In this document: positions 9,933 through 21,638 of the stretch, piece by piece | Position numbering within the stretch: the stretch's first letter is position 1 | How the letters are laid out: every line of letters begins with the position of its first letter | Assembly (NCBI GenBank): GCA_965178125.1 | Contig: OZ237735.1 | Span: forward strand, 124,001 to 188,000 | DNA: 64,000 nt | Source of the DNA: Bilabrum cf. latius | Taxonomy: Eukaryota | Reading direction: 5' to 3' | Notes under the pieces: generated by a model | Database searches by the model: none | The model's input: only the letters and a program-made list of their open reading frames with translations | Told to the model about the DNA's origin: nothing | Translations under genes and position numbers: made by a program

Positions 9933-12900
9933 ATGCTGGTGCAGCTCGCGCCGCTCAGTCCTCCCCGCTGACCCACGCCCAAGGCGGACAAGGTCAACGA
10001 AGGAAGCCCAGGCAGCGAGCGCCGCACAAGCAAAACCAAACAGCACAATGCAGAGATGCTGGTGCAGCTCGCGCCGCTCAGTCCTCCCCGCTGACCCACG
10101 CCCAAGGCGGACAAGGTCAACGAGGGAAGCCCAGGCAGCGGGCGCCGCACAAGCAAAACCAAACAGCACAATGCAGAGATGCTGGTGCAGCTCGCGCCGC
10201 GCAGTCCTCCCCGCTGACCCACGCCCAAGGCGGACAAGGTCAACGAAGGAAGCCCAGGCAGCGAGCGCCGCACAAGCAAAACCAAACAGCACTAATGCAG
10301 AGATGCTGGCGCAGCTCGCGCCGCGCAGTCCTCCCCGCTGACCCACGCCCAAGGCGGACAAGGTCAACGAAGGAAGCCCAGGCAGCGGGCGCCGCACAAG
10401 CAAAACCAAACAGCACAATGCAGAGATGCTGGTGCAGCTCGCGCCGCTCAGTCCTCCCCGCTGACCCACGCCCAAGGCGGACAAGGTCAACGAAGGAAGC
10501 CCAGGCAGCGGGCGCCGCACAAGCAAAACCAAACAGCACAATGCAGAGATGCTGGTGCAGCTCGCGCCGCTCAGTCCTCCCCGCTGACCCACGCCCAAGG
10601 CGGACAAGGTCAACGAAGGAAGCCCAGGCAGCGAGCGCCGCACAAGCAAAACCAAACAGCACAATGCAGAGATGCTGGTGCAGCTCGCGCCGCTCAGCCC
10701 TCCCCGCTGACCCACGCCCAAGGCGGACAAGGTCAACGAAGGGAGACCAGGCAGCGAGCGCCGCACAAGCCAGCCCAAACAGCACAAATGCAGAGATGCT
10801 GGTGCAGCTCGCGCCGCTCAGTCCTCCCCGCTGACCCACGCCCAAGGCGGACAAGGTCAACGAAGGGAGACCAGGCAGCGAGCGCCGCACAAGCAAAACC
10901 AAACAGCACAAATGCAGAGATGCTGGTGCAGCTCGCGCCGCTCAGTCCTCCCCGCTGACCCACGCCCAAGGCGGACAAGGTCAACGAAGGAAGCCCAGGC
11001 AGCGAGCGCCGCACAAGCAAAACCAAACAGCACAGTGCAGAGATGCTGGTGCAGCTCGCGCCGCTCAGTCCTCCCCGCTGACCCACGCCCAAGGCGGACA
11101 AGGTCAACGAAGGAAGCCCAGGCAGCGAGCGCCGCACAAGCAAAACCAAACAGCACAATGCAGAGATGCTGGCGCAGCTCGCGCCGCTCAGTCCTCCCCG
11201 CTGACCCACGCCCAAGGCGGACAAGGTCAACGAAGGAAGCCCAGGCAGCGGGCGCCGCACAAGCAAAACCAAACAGCACAATGCAGAGATGCTGGTGCAG
11301 CTCGCGCCGCTCAGTCCTCCCCGCTGACCCACGCCCAAGGCGGACAAGGTCAACGAAGGAAGCCCAGGCAGCGAGCGCCGCACAAGCAAAACCAAACAGC
11401 ACAATGCAGAGATGCTGGTGCAGCTCGCGCCGCTCAGTCCTCCCCGCTGACCCACGCCCAAGGCGGACAAGGTCAACGAAGGAAGCCCAGGCAGCGAGCG
11501 CCGCACAAGCAAAACCAAACAGCACAATGCAGAGATGCTGGTGCAGCTCGCGCCGCTCAGTCCTCCCCGCTGACCCACGCCCAAGGCGGACAAGGTCAAC
11601 GAAGGAAGCCCAGGCAGCGAGCGCCGCACAAGCAAAACCAAACAGCACAATGCAGAGATGCTGGTGCAGCTCGCGCCGCTCAGTCCTCCCCGCTGACCCA
11701 CGCCCAAGGCGGACAAGGTCAACGAAGGAAGCCCAGGCAGCGAGCGCCGCACAAGCAAAACCAAACAGCACAATGCAGAGATGCTGGTGCAGCTCGCGCC
11801 GCTCAGTCCTCCCCGCTGACCCACGCCCAAGGCGGACAAGGTCAACGAAGGGAGACCAGGCAGCGAACGCCGCACAAGCAAAACCAGACAGCACAATGCA
11901 GAGATGCTGGTGCAGCTCGCGCCGCTCAGTCCTCCCCGCTGACCCACGCCCAAGGCGGACAAGGTCAACGAAGGAAGCCCAGGCAGCGAGCGCCGCACAA
12001 GCAAAACCAAACAGCACAATGCAGAGATGCTGGTGCAGCTCGCGCCGCTCAGTCCTCCCCGCTGACCCACGCCCAAGGCGGACAAGGTCAACGAAGGGAG
12101 ACCAGGCAGCGAGCGCCGCACAAGCAAAACCAAACAGCACAATGCAGAGATGCTGGCGCAGCTCGCGCCGCTCAGTCCTCCCCGCTGACCCACGCCCAAG
12201 GCGGACAAGGTCAACGAAGGAAGCCCAGGCAGCGAGCGCCGCACAAGCAAAACCAAACAGCACAATGCAGAGATGCTGGTGCAGCTCGCGCCGCTCAGTC
12301 CTCCCCGCTGACCCACGCCCAAGGCGGACAAGGTCAACGAAGGAAGCCCAGGCAGCGAGCGCCGCACAAGCAAAACCAAACAGCACAATGCAGAGATGCT
12401 GGTGCAGCTCGCGCCGCTCAGTCCTCCCCGCTGACCCACGCCCAAGGCGGACAAGGTCAACGAAGGGAGACCAGGCAGCGAGCGCCGCACAAGCCAGCCC
12501 AAACAGCAACAATGCAGAGATGCTGGTGCAGCTCGCGCCGCTCAGTCCTCCCCGCTGACCCACGCCCAAGGCGGACAAGGTCAACGAAGGAAGCCCAGGC
12601 AGCGGGCGCCGCACAAGCAAAACCAAACAGCACAATGCAGAGATGCTGGTGCAGCTCGCGCCGCTCAGTCCTCCCCGCTGACCCACGCCCAAGGCGGACA
12701 AGGTCAACGAAGGAAGCCCAGGCAGCGAGCGCCGCACAAGCAAAACCAAACAGCACAAATGCAGAGATGCTGGTGCAGCTCGCGCCGCTCAGTCCTCCCC
12801 GCTGACCCACGCCCAAGGCGGACAAGGTCAACGAAGGGAGCCCAGGCAGCGAGCGCCACACAAGCAAAACCAAACAGCACAAATGCAGAGATGCTGGTGC

Positions 12901-15637
12901 AGCTCGCGCCGCTCAGTCCTCCCCGCTGACCCACGCCCAAGGCGGACAAGGTCAACGAAGGAAGCCCAGGCAGCGAGCGCCGCACAAGCAAAACCAAACA
13001 GCACAAATGCAGAGATGCTGGTGCAGCTCGCGCCGCGCAGTCCTCCCCGCTGACCCACGCCCAAGGCGGACAAGGTCAACGAAGGAAGCCCAGGCAGCGA
13101 GTACCACACAAGCCAGCCCAAACAGCAACAATGCAGAGATGCTGGTGCAGCTCGCGCCGCTCAGTCCTCCCCGCTGACCCACGCCCAAGGCGGACAAGGT
13201 CAACGAAGGAAGCCCAGGCAGCGAGCGCCGCACAAGCAAAACCAAACAGCACAAATGCAGAGATGCTGGCGCAGCTCGCGCCGCTCAGTCCTCCCCGCTG
13301 ACCCACGCCCAAGGCGGACAAGGTCAACGAAGGAAGCCCAGGCAGCGAGCGCCGCACAAGCAAAACCAAACAGCACAATGCAGAGATGCTGGTGCAGCTC
13401 GCGCCGCTCAGTCCTCCCCGCTGACCCACGCCCAAGGCGGACAAGGTCAACGAAGGGAGACCAGGCAGCGAGCGCCGCACAAGCAAAACCAAACAGCACA
13501 ATGCAGAGATGCTGGCGCAGCTCGCGCCGCTCAGTCCTCCCCGCTGACCCACGCCCAAGGCGGACAAGGTCAACGAAGGAAGCCCAGGCAGCGAGCGCCG
13601 CACAAGCAAAACCAAACAGCACAATGCAGAGATGCTGGTGCAGCTCGCGCCGCTCAGTCCTCCCCGCTGACCCACGCCCAAGGCGGACAAGGTCAACGAA
13701 GGGAGACCAGGCAGCGAGCGCCGCACAAGCAAAACCAAACAGCACAATGCAGAGATGCTGGTGCAGCTCGCGCCGCTCAGTCCTCCCCGCTGACCCACGC
13801 CCAAGGCGGACAAGGTCAACGAAGGGAGACCAGGCAGCGAGCGCCGCACAAGCCAGCCCAAACAGCAACAATGCAGAGATGCTGGTGCAGCTCGCGCCGC
13901 TCAGTCCTCCCCGCTGACCCACGCCCAAGGCGGACAAGGTCAACGAAGGAAGCCCAGGCAGCGGGCGCCGCACAAGCAAAACCAAACAGCACAATGCAGA
14001 GATGCTGGTGCAGCTCGCGCCGCTCAGTCCTCCCCGCTGACCCACGCCCAAGGCGGACAAGGTCAACGAAGGAAGCCCAGGCAGCGAGCGCCGCACAAGC
14101 AAAACCAAACAGCACAAATGCAGAGATGCTGGTGCAGCTCGCGCCGCTCAGTCCTCCCCGCTGACCCACGCCCAAGGCGGACAAGGTCAACGAAGGGAGC
14201 CCAGGCAGCGAGCGCCACACAAGCAAAACCAAACAGCACAAATGCAGAGATGCTGGTGCAGCTCGCGCCGCTCAGTCCTCCCCGCTGACCCACGCCCAAG
14301 GCGGACAAGGTCAACGAAGGAAGCCCAGGCAGCGAGCGCCGCACAAGCAAAACCAAACAGCACAAATGCAGAGATGCTGGTGCAGCTCGCGCCGCGCAGT
14401 CCTCCCCGCTGACCCACGCCCAAGGCGGACAAGGTCAACGAAGGAAGCCCAGGCAGCGAGTACCACACAAGCCAGCCCAAACAGCAACAATGCAGAGATG
14501 CTGGTGCAGCTCGCGCCGCTCAGTCCTCCCCGCTGACCCACGCCCAAGGCGGACAAGGTCAACGAAGGAAGCCCAGGCAGCGAGCGCCGCACAAGCAAAA
14601 CCAAACAGCACAAATGCAGAGATGCTGGCGCAGCTCGCGCCGCTCAGTCCTCCCCGCTGACCCACGCCCAAGGCGGACAAGGTCAACGAAGGAAGCCCAG
14701 GCAGCGAGCGCCGCACAAGCAAAACCAAACAGCACAAATGCAGAGATGCTGGTGCAGCTCGCGCCGCTTAGTCCTCTACGCTGACCCACGCCCAAGGCGG
14801 ACAAGGTCAACGAAGGAAGCCCAGGCAGCGAGCGCCGCACAAGCAAAACCAAACAGCACAATGCAGAGATGCTGGCGCAGCTCGCGCCGCTCAGTCCTCC
14901 CCGCTGACCCACGCCCAAGGCGGACAAGGTCAACGAAGGGAGACCAGGCAGCGAGCGCCGCACAAGCAAAACCAAACAGCACAAATGCAGAGATGCTGGT
15001 GCAGCTCGCGCCGCTCAGTCCTCCCCGCTGACCCACGCCCAAGGCGGACAAGGTCAACGAAGGAAGCCCAGGCAGCGAGCGCCGCACAAGCAAAACCAAA
15101 CAGCACAATGCAGAGATGCTGGCGCAGCTCACGCCGCTCAGTCCTCCCCGCTGACCCACGCCCAAGGCGGACAAGGTCAACAAAGGAAGCCCAGGCAGCG
15201 AGCGCCACACAAGCAAAACCAAACAGCACAAATGCAGAGATGCTGGTGCAGCTCGCGCCGCTCAGTCCTCCCCGCTGACCCACGCCCAAGGCGGACAAGG
15301 TCAACGAAGGAAGCCCAGGCAGCGAGCGCCGCACAAGCAAAACCAAACAGCACAAATGCAGAGATGCTGGTGCAGCTCGCGCCGCTCAGTCCTCCCCGCT
15401 GACCCACGCCCAAGGCGGACAAGGTCAACGAAGGGAGACCAGGCAGCGGGCGCCGCACAAGCAAAACCAAACAGCACAAATGCAGAGATGCTGGCGCAGC
15501 TCGCGCCGCTCAGTCCTCCCCGCTGACCCACGCCCAAGGCGGACAAGGTCAACGAAGGGAGCCCAGGCAGCGAGCGCCACACAAGCAAAACCAAACAGCA
15601 CAATGCAGAGATGCTGGTGCAGCTCGCGCCGCTCAGT
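9933..15637. repeat. Tandem satellite array, about 46 copies of a 123/124-bp unit
   Basis: Unit atgctggtgcagctcgcgccgctcagtcctccccgctgacccacgcccaaggcggacaaggtcaacgaaggaagcccaggcagcgagcgccgcacaagcaaaaccaaacagcacaatgcagag, head-to-tail, near-identical, with a few recurring variants and no unique spacers. Confidence 0.97.
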
Positions 15638-16125
15638 GTTTATTGCCGATCGCGAGGTCCGCGCCCAAGGAGAGAATTCTTAACGGAGGGAGACCACGCC
15701 GTGGGCGCTATTTCAACAGTATCATAATTGCAATTTTTAAGTCCCTCGGATACGGTACCACTATTACTGTTTTGCAGGCTAGCTGTCGCGTGTGTCACTT
15801 TAAGGTCTGCTTGCAGTTTGTCGCCGGCCTCTGACTTGTTTGTCCTGAGGCTTAGCTGGCATCCTGACAAGCTGGCTTAACAGTAACTCCCCATTGATTC
15901 CGGTAAGCCTCGAAATTTTTCTCTGTTCTCCTTTCTTCTCGGATTCCACTCGTGATGCTCGCTTCTTCGCGTTCGTGGTGCGCGGATCGTATACCAGTAT
16001 TGGCACGCTATCACTGGTCTTGGAGCTCTTATCCCGGAACTAGTAGTATACCAATGGCACACGCCCCTTTTCACAGAAACTAAGAGCTTGCACGGCACAT
16101 TAGCTTGTAGACGTCCATTTCGAGT

Positions 16126-17106
16126 ATGGCAAGTCGAAACAGGAGTCGTAAGGGTCGACCGTCGAGCCTGACTGCTGGGGGTCGATCAGTTCTTGCTACT
16201 TCAACGGCACGCAGCGCACCAAGCTTCGGCATGGACGGGATCGGTATAAGTGCGTCTGCAATTCGATCGGCCGCCACGTCAGTACCAAAATCAGGCTAGC
16301 GGGCGGGTTCGCGAAGCGCAAAGGGCGCATCTACTGGCGCTGGCCGCGGTGCTGCAATCGCAGTCTCAGCTGCTGGTGCACGTTCCCGCCCACCTGATGC
16401 CGCTTCTGGTCGAGCTGGGGTAGCATCAAGCTCAGTTCCACTGGTTCCTAGCAGATCAGGTTCGGCCCGGCCACCTGAGGGTTCGACGAGCGGTCCGTCA
16501 TCTGCAACGACACCCTCAACTGGCACTGCGCAAGCGCCCGCGCGACCAGCTCCCGCCGGATTTCGACCAAGGGAACCTAAAAGCATGAAGCGTGGGGCTA
16601 CGTGGTCTCCGGCTGTAGAAAATGGTAAGTCACTTGCACATGAGTTCACCGTGGTCGCAACGGTGGTGGTCGCAACGGCTTGCAACGTGACCCACTGCCC
16701 ATGCTCCCTTCCCTGGTCACCACGCCTGCTTCGCGCTTCCACCGCAGCGTATCGCCTGCAGGAGGCCGGGTGGCGAGGCATGGACGAGTACGTCGCTGCG
16801 CACGGGTACCCGGCGACCTGGAGTCGGACGGGATTCATAGCCAGCCTGCAGATGAAGCCAGACGGGGGGGCGGGGGCTGCAACTGGAACTGGGCCTGGGA
16901 TTAGCAGAGCGCCATCTACCGCAGCCAAGGGGAGGCTGGAGGAAGCTAAATCCGGTGAGGCTGGGAGTAGGGGCGAGGGGGATACCAGAGGCAGTAGCGG
17001 TGGCAGTGGTAGTGGCGCGGGAGGAGGAGCTTGCTACGTGTACTACAGCCAGGGGCGAGAGTGCGAGGATAAGTTCGTGTCGCGAGTGAAACTGTTCGAA
17101 TATTGA
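16126..17106 (+). CDS. MEIG1: MEIG1 homologue (PACRG-binding flagellar protein) with low-complexity N-terminal extension; intron 16625-16747
   Basis: Spliced WSPAVENAYRLQEAGWRGMDEY...W..TGFIASLQ...YYSQGRECEDKFVSRVKLFEY matches MEIG1 (WSEEIENLYRFQQAGYRDE..Y...RECDDKEVHKVKIYAY). One TAG at 16297 in the extension; TGA stop. Start codon uncertain (16126 or 16585). Confidence 0.85.
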
Positions 17107-17300
17107 TCTGTCCTGTCATCGCACATGGTGCTGTGCTATTGGGGCTGCTGCCCACCATCAAGAAGCTGCCTGCGGAACACTATCCTGCTTATGCGCGGCG
17201 CCCGAAGCGAGCTCGTGTGGTTTCGCATGCTCGACCGCACCTCACTTTTGCGTCGGCATTTTCGAAACACGGCATTAACTCGCGGTGCAGGGCCGTTAAG

Positions 17301-20300
17301 ATGAGCTAGATCCTTGTAGATAATCCGTCAAGCTTGTTGCAAGCAACCACTGTTGCTGGTGTGCCGAGTAAACGCAAGGAGCAGCAACTTGGACTCTCGG
17401 TTGTGGATGCTCTCTACCGCGAAGACCGCGAGCACCCGAGGCAGTTGGAAGGCACGTATCAGTTCAAGTTTGACGAGCGCTCAATCAGAACAGAAACGGA
17501 CCTGGGCGTGACGAGGACTTTCGTGCAGAAGCGCAAGCGCACCGTGGCACGACCTCTAAACTACGATGTCTGCTGCACGAGGATGGGAAGGCATTGCCCC
17601 AAAAGCTTCGACATGTGGGTTTGTAACCCGTGCTGCGAAGGATATGAGTCAGAATGGGCTCGATTTGGGCCTGCCGTATCCAAGTGAGACTTCATCATGA
17701 TGCTGGTGCCAGTGGTGCACACACTTCGCGGGACTCACGCCTCTTGCTGGTTTTGCGTTCGAGGCAACACCGACCCGACAATGCCACCCATGCCCCATTC
17801 GCAGCTTCTTCAAGTTTGAAAAGCTATTAATCGGTCTTTTCGTTGTCCTCGGGACAGCGAGCTTGCCCATCCTGCTCCTGAGTGCAGCCGGTCAGGGGTT
17901 CTGGCAATCCCAAGACGGGCAGGCTAGCTGGTTCTCAGCCATGTTTAAGGCGTCGGTGGGGAACCTGGGAGAATGGCAAGGAGACATGCTGCGATTTCAC
18001 ATCAAATCATGTCCCGAATCGTTGTACGAAGACTGCATCGTTCCGAAGTAGGACCTCGGCGAGTCGTTCGCCACGCTGAGCGCTTTCGCATGCATCGTGG
18101 TTCTGCTCGCGACGTCTTGGCTACTGCACTTCGAACAGAAAGACATAAACAAGGCAGAGCGTAAGGCTTTGTCGTTGCAGTCGTACGCTGTTTTCCTCCC
18201 GTGGGTGCCAAGCTGGGCCACAGAGGCGCAGCTCCGCCGCCACTTCGAGCGCGTGCTCCCGCCTGACCCTGACACCAAGCAGCCGCCCAAAATCACTGAC
18301 GTCACGGTGGTACAGAACAACTTCCACCTTATGAGCATGTTCATGAGGCACGGCCAACTCCGCACCTCCATCGATCGGCAGGAGGCAGCGGCCGCTAACC
18401 TTGTTTTCGATGACCTGGCGTGGTGGGAGTGCGGGTGCTGGTCGAGGGAGCGGCGCATCGAGGCCATGCGCAGGCAAGCAGCTGAGCTCAGAAAGCAAAA
18501 GGAATTGCTCGACAGACGGCTGCGTCGCTGTCGCGCTGTTTCGAAAGCAAAGATGCTCGCCCGCATCGCCGAGGACTTGCAGGAGGACGTGGACCAGGGT
18601 CGCGCGGCTGGGTGCCTGTGCTGGTCAACGAGGGCGCAGCTGGACGCCATCAAAGCGGAAATGGGCCGGCACAGCCGCTGCTAGGACAACCCCTCCGGCA
18701 AATCGCCGGGCCAGAGCGAAGCGGTAGCAGCATTCGTCGTGTTTGAGGATGCCCGCGGCAGGAGGGCGGCGCTGGACGCGTACCCCAACTCGGTGTGGCA
18801 CTAGGGGTGCTGCCAGAGGAAACAGAAGCACCTGACAAACGCATCAGTCGTTGATCGCGAATCTGCAGCTTCAGGTCCTGGCCCCGCTGCCTCGCAGGCC
18901 AGGCACCATCCAGCGGAGCAGGAGACGGTGCCCTTGCAGGTACTGAAGGCGCCGGCCGTCGGTGATGTGGTGTGGGAAAATCTAAGCGCTGCCAGCGGGC
19001 GCTCCTGGCATCTCGTCGGGCTCTCTTGCCTTGCAATTGCAGTTGTGGCGTCGCTCGTGCTGGCCATCGTGGTGGCAGCCGCCGTGTCCCTAGCACGCGC
19101 CGAGATGCTTCTTCCTGGTGACCCGCCCATGCCGTGCTCCCGACTGGCAGCCGTGCAGAACGCGACTGGGCTGGCCCTCCGCGGCTCTGACGGGTCCTTT
19201 GACCCCTCCACGCAGCCGCAATGGCCCGCGGCCTTGCAGTTTGCAGAGACGGCATTCGGAAGAGACGGTGCCGCCCCGCTGCTGGGCGGTGACCCGGCCT
19301 TGCGCAACGAAACCATGCAGGCGTGCTACTGCAGGGCACTGCCGTGGAGCAACATGACCGACGAAGGGCTGGCGGCGCTCCCCGACGGTGCACTCTGCAG
19401 GGAGCAGGCGTGCCCAGCCCTTGCCATGCGCAGCCTGGGCGACGCGATGGGCCAGCCGCACTGCGAGGACTGGATGGCGGCCTACTGGCTGGTGCTGGCG
19501 CTGTCCATGGCCGGGTGCATCGTCTTGGCTGCAGCCGTGCCCGCGACGCAGTGGGTCGTGCGGCTTGCAGTGCAGACGGGCCGGCCGGCCACGCACGAGG
19601 GCGCCGAGATGCAGGTGGGCCTGGGGCTGGTCCTGGCGTGGGTCGGGCAAGCAGCGGTGGGAGCCGCGGCTGTGGGCCTCGCAGTGCACGGAGATTTCAA
19701 CCGAGCATGGTACACAGATACCGGTGGGTACTTGGTCCTCTCTGTACTCCTATTCGCCCTACAGCCGCCCCTGTAGACGGTCCTCGAGTGGTCGTGCAAG
19801 CGCAGCGAGCGGCTGTCCACCTCGGCACCCTCACAGCACGACCTCGAGGAAAAGTACACGGGGCCGGAGGCGGACCACACGGCCCGACTCGCCCACCAGC
19901 ACGCCCTACTCTGGGCCTGCCTCATCGTGGGCCCGGGCCTGCCTGCAGTGCACTGGGTCGGGCTAGCGGCCGCCCTCGCGAACCACTTCGCAGACAAGCT
20001 GGCCTTTGCCTGGCTGCACCGCACACCCGTGCCCACTAGCGGCAGGGTCGGTGCCTCGCTCACCAAGGCCCTCCCCTTCGCCGTTCCGCTGCACCTCCTC
20101 GTTGGCATCTGGCAGCTGGGCCAGCCCGCGATCTTTGGGGGGGGCGCGGGGGCCGACAACATCGTAGGCGACATCGTGAGCGTAAGTGGCGATGGCAGCG
20201 CCGATTCTGATGATACTTCTTCCGGCGGGGTGCTGCTTGACGTGGCGGATCGGCTGTCCTCGCGATCCACTTTGCCTCTGGTGCTGCTGCTCGCTCTTTT

Positions 20301-21144
20301 GGTGGCAGTTTTTGCGCTCTGGCAGCTGCTTACGTGCTTCGCTGGGAGTGCTCGCCTACTGCTGGGCGCGTGTGGGCTGGACGGGTGCATGGACGAGCGA
20401 GAGGAAAACGAGAGGGGCAGCACCAGCACCAGCACCGGGCAGTAGAAGTCCTTCTCCTCGTCCTCCTCCTCCTCCTCGAGCAGTGAGGGCCTGCCTCCGC
20501 TGGCAGAGGCCCTGCGGGAGGACCTCATCAGCGGGCCCAGGCGCTACTCTGTGTTCGAGAACGAGAGGTACCGTCGGTTGTTTGCAGTAGACAAGGAATG
20601 GGCGGACAAGCACCACTCTCTGCTGGACCTCCTGGACTTGGGCCGAGGGGCTTGTGCTGGCAGTGGTGGCAGGGGCCTGCTAGCGGGAGGGGGTGCGCTG
20701 CAGCAAGAGCAGCTGCTCACAAAGCTGCGTAGTGCAAGTGGGGGCCGTACCGGGGCCTCTGAAACGGACACCAAGACTAAGGCGTTGACCGAGCGAGAGT
20801 CCGAGCCGGAGGGCTCTGCTGCCGGCGGACAGGGAGGGTCATGCTCGAGCTCTGCGGCCAGCGCTGGGGTGGGCGTGCTCGCATCGGGATCAACCGCAGC
20901 ACCGGCACCTACGAGTAGTACCAGTGATGACGCCAGCCCGCGAAGGCAGGACGTGGCCCCTGCCCCTGCCCCTGCCCCGACTCGGAGTGCCCGGCCGATG
21001 CCGCCGCCGGGTCCACCGGGGAAGGGGCCGAGCAAGTCTCCGCTATCTTCATTTGGCGGAAAGAAGCCCCCGCCACCGCCGGGCGACGGATACGAAGAAG
21101 AGTACGACATCAACAAGGCGGAATGGTCGAGTGATGACGAGTGA
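17301..21144 (+). CDS. OSCA/TMEM63 (CSC1)-like multi-pass membrane protein, probable mechanosensitive channel; intron 17684-17804
   Basis: Contiguous after one intron and six TAG (17307, 18049, 18682, 18802, 19774, 20443). Motifs FGPAVSNFFKF..L+TM, YAVFL, AAFVVFED, APAVGDVVWENL, Q..LEEKYTGP, GPGLP; several hydrophobic segments; TGA stop. Confidence 0.75.
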
Positions 21145-21638
21145 TAGCGCGCGAGTGTGGCGTGTGCACGTCTCGCGCATTGCTCGATGGCACCGCTCGT
21201 TGCTGGCTGTTCGGTGGCTTTGCGGTACCAGCCCGCATACTGAAATACGACTAAAATACGTGCCATCACGATTCTAGGCGATTCTACACCTGCAAGTACG
21301 GTCAACCGCGGAAAATCGCAGAAAAGTAAAGTAACGCGCAGTTTTGCAGATGGTTCTGGTTTTCTTGCGACGGTTCCATCACTCTCATTGTTATTCCAGC
21401 AGTTTCGTTGCATAGGTACTGTAGCCTTGCGCTGAGTCGATACTGTCGCTGGTAAAACCAGACTTCGATTGACTGGAACCGCCAGCGAAGTCTACTGGGC
21501 TGATTGCTAAAGTAATCTGTGTTTGGAGTGAGCAGGTGACTGGACAACTTTCCGTGCGGAAGCTCTGCAAGGTTGAAGCAACCTGCGTACCCGGTAGTAC
21601 TGGGTAGATAAAGACTGTAGACAGATACGATAGCTAGC

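Noticed and set aside
9933-10060. Hammerhead ribozyme satellite
   Set aside because: No CUGANGA...GAAA core on either strand of the unit.
9933-15637. CRISPR array
   Set aside because: Contiguous near-identical units with no unique spacers, no cas genes, and a eukaryotic context.
9629-15683. Repeat-protein ORFs across the satellite (41-aa repeats on both strands)
   Set aside because: Interspersed 124-bp units shift the frame repeatedly into a TGA-containing frame; the ORFs are a by-product of a stop-poor 123-bp unit.
9431-16048. CACTA transposon or Helitron bounded by CACTAGTAG (9431) and ACTAGTAG (~16039)
   Set aside because: The motifs are in direct, not inverted, orientation; no target-site duplication, subterminal repeats or transposase seen.
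15988-16065. Short imperfect direct repeat gtatacca..tggcac
   Set aside because: Only two short copies; may be a MEIG1 promoter motif but cannot be supported.
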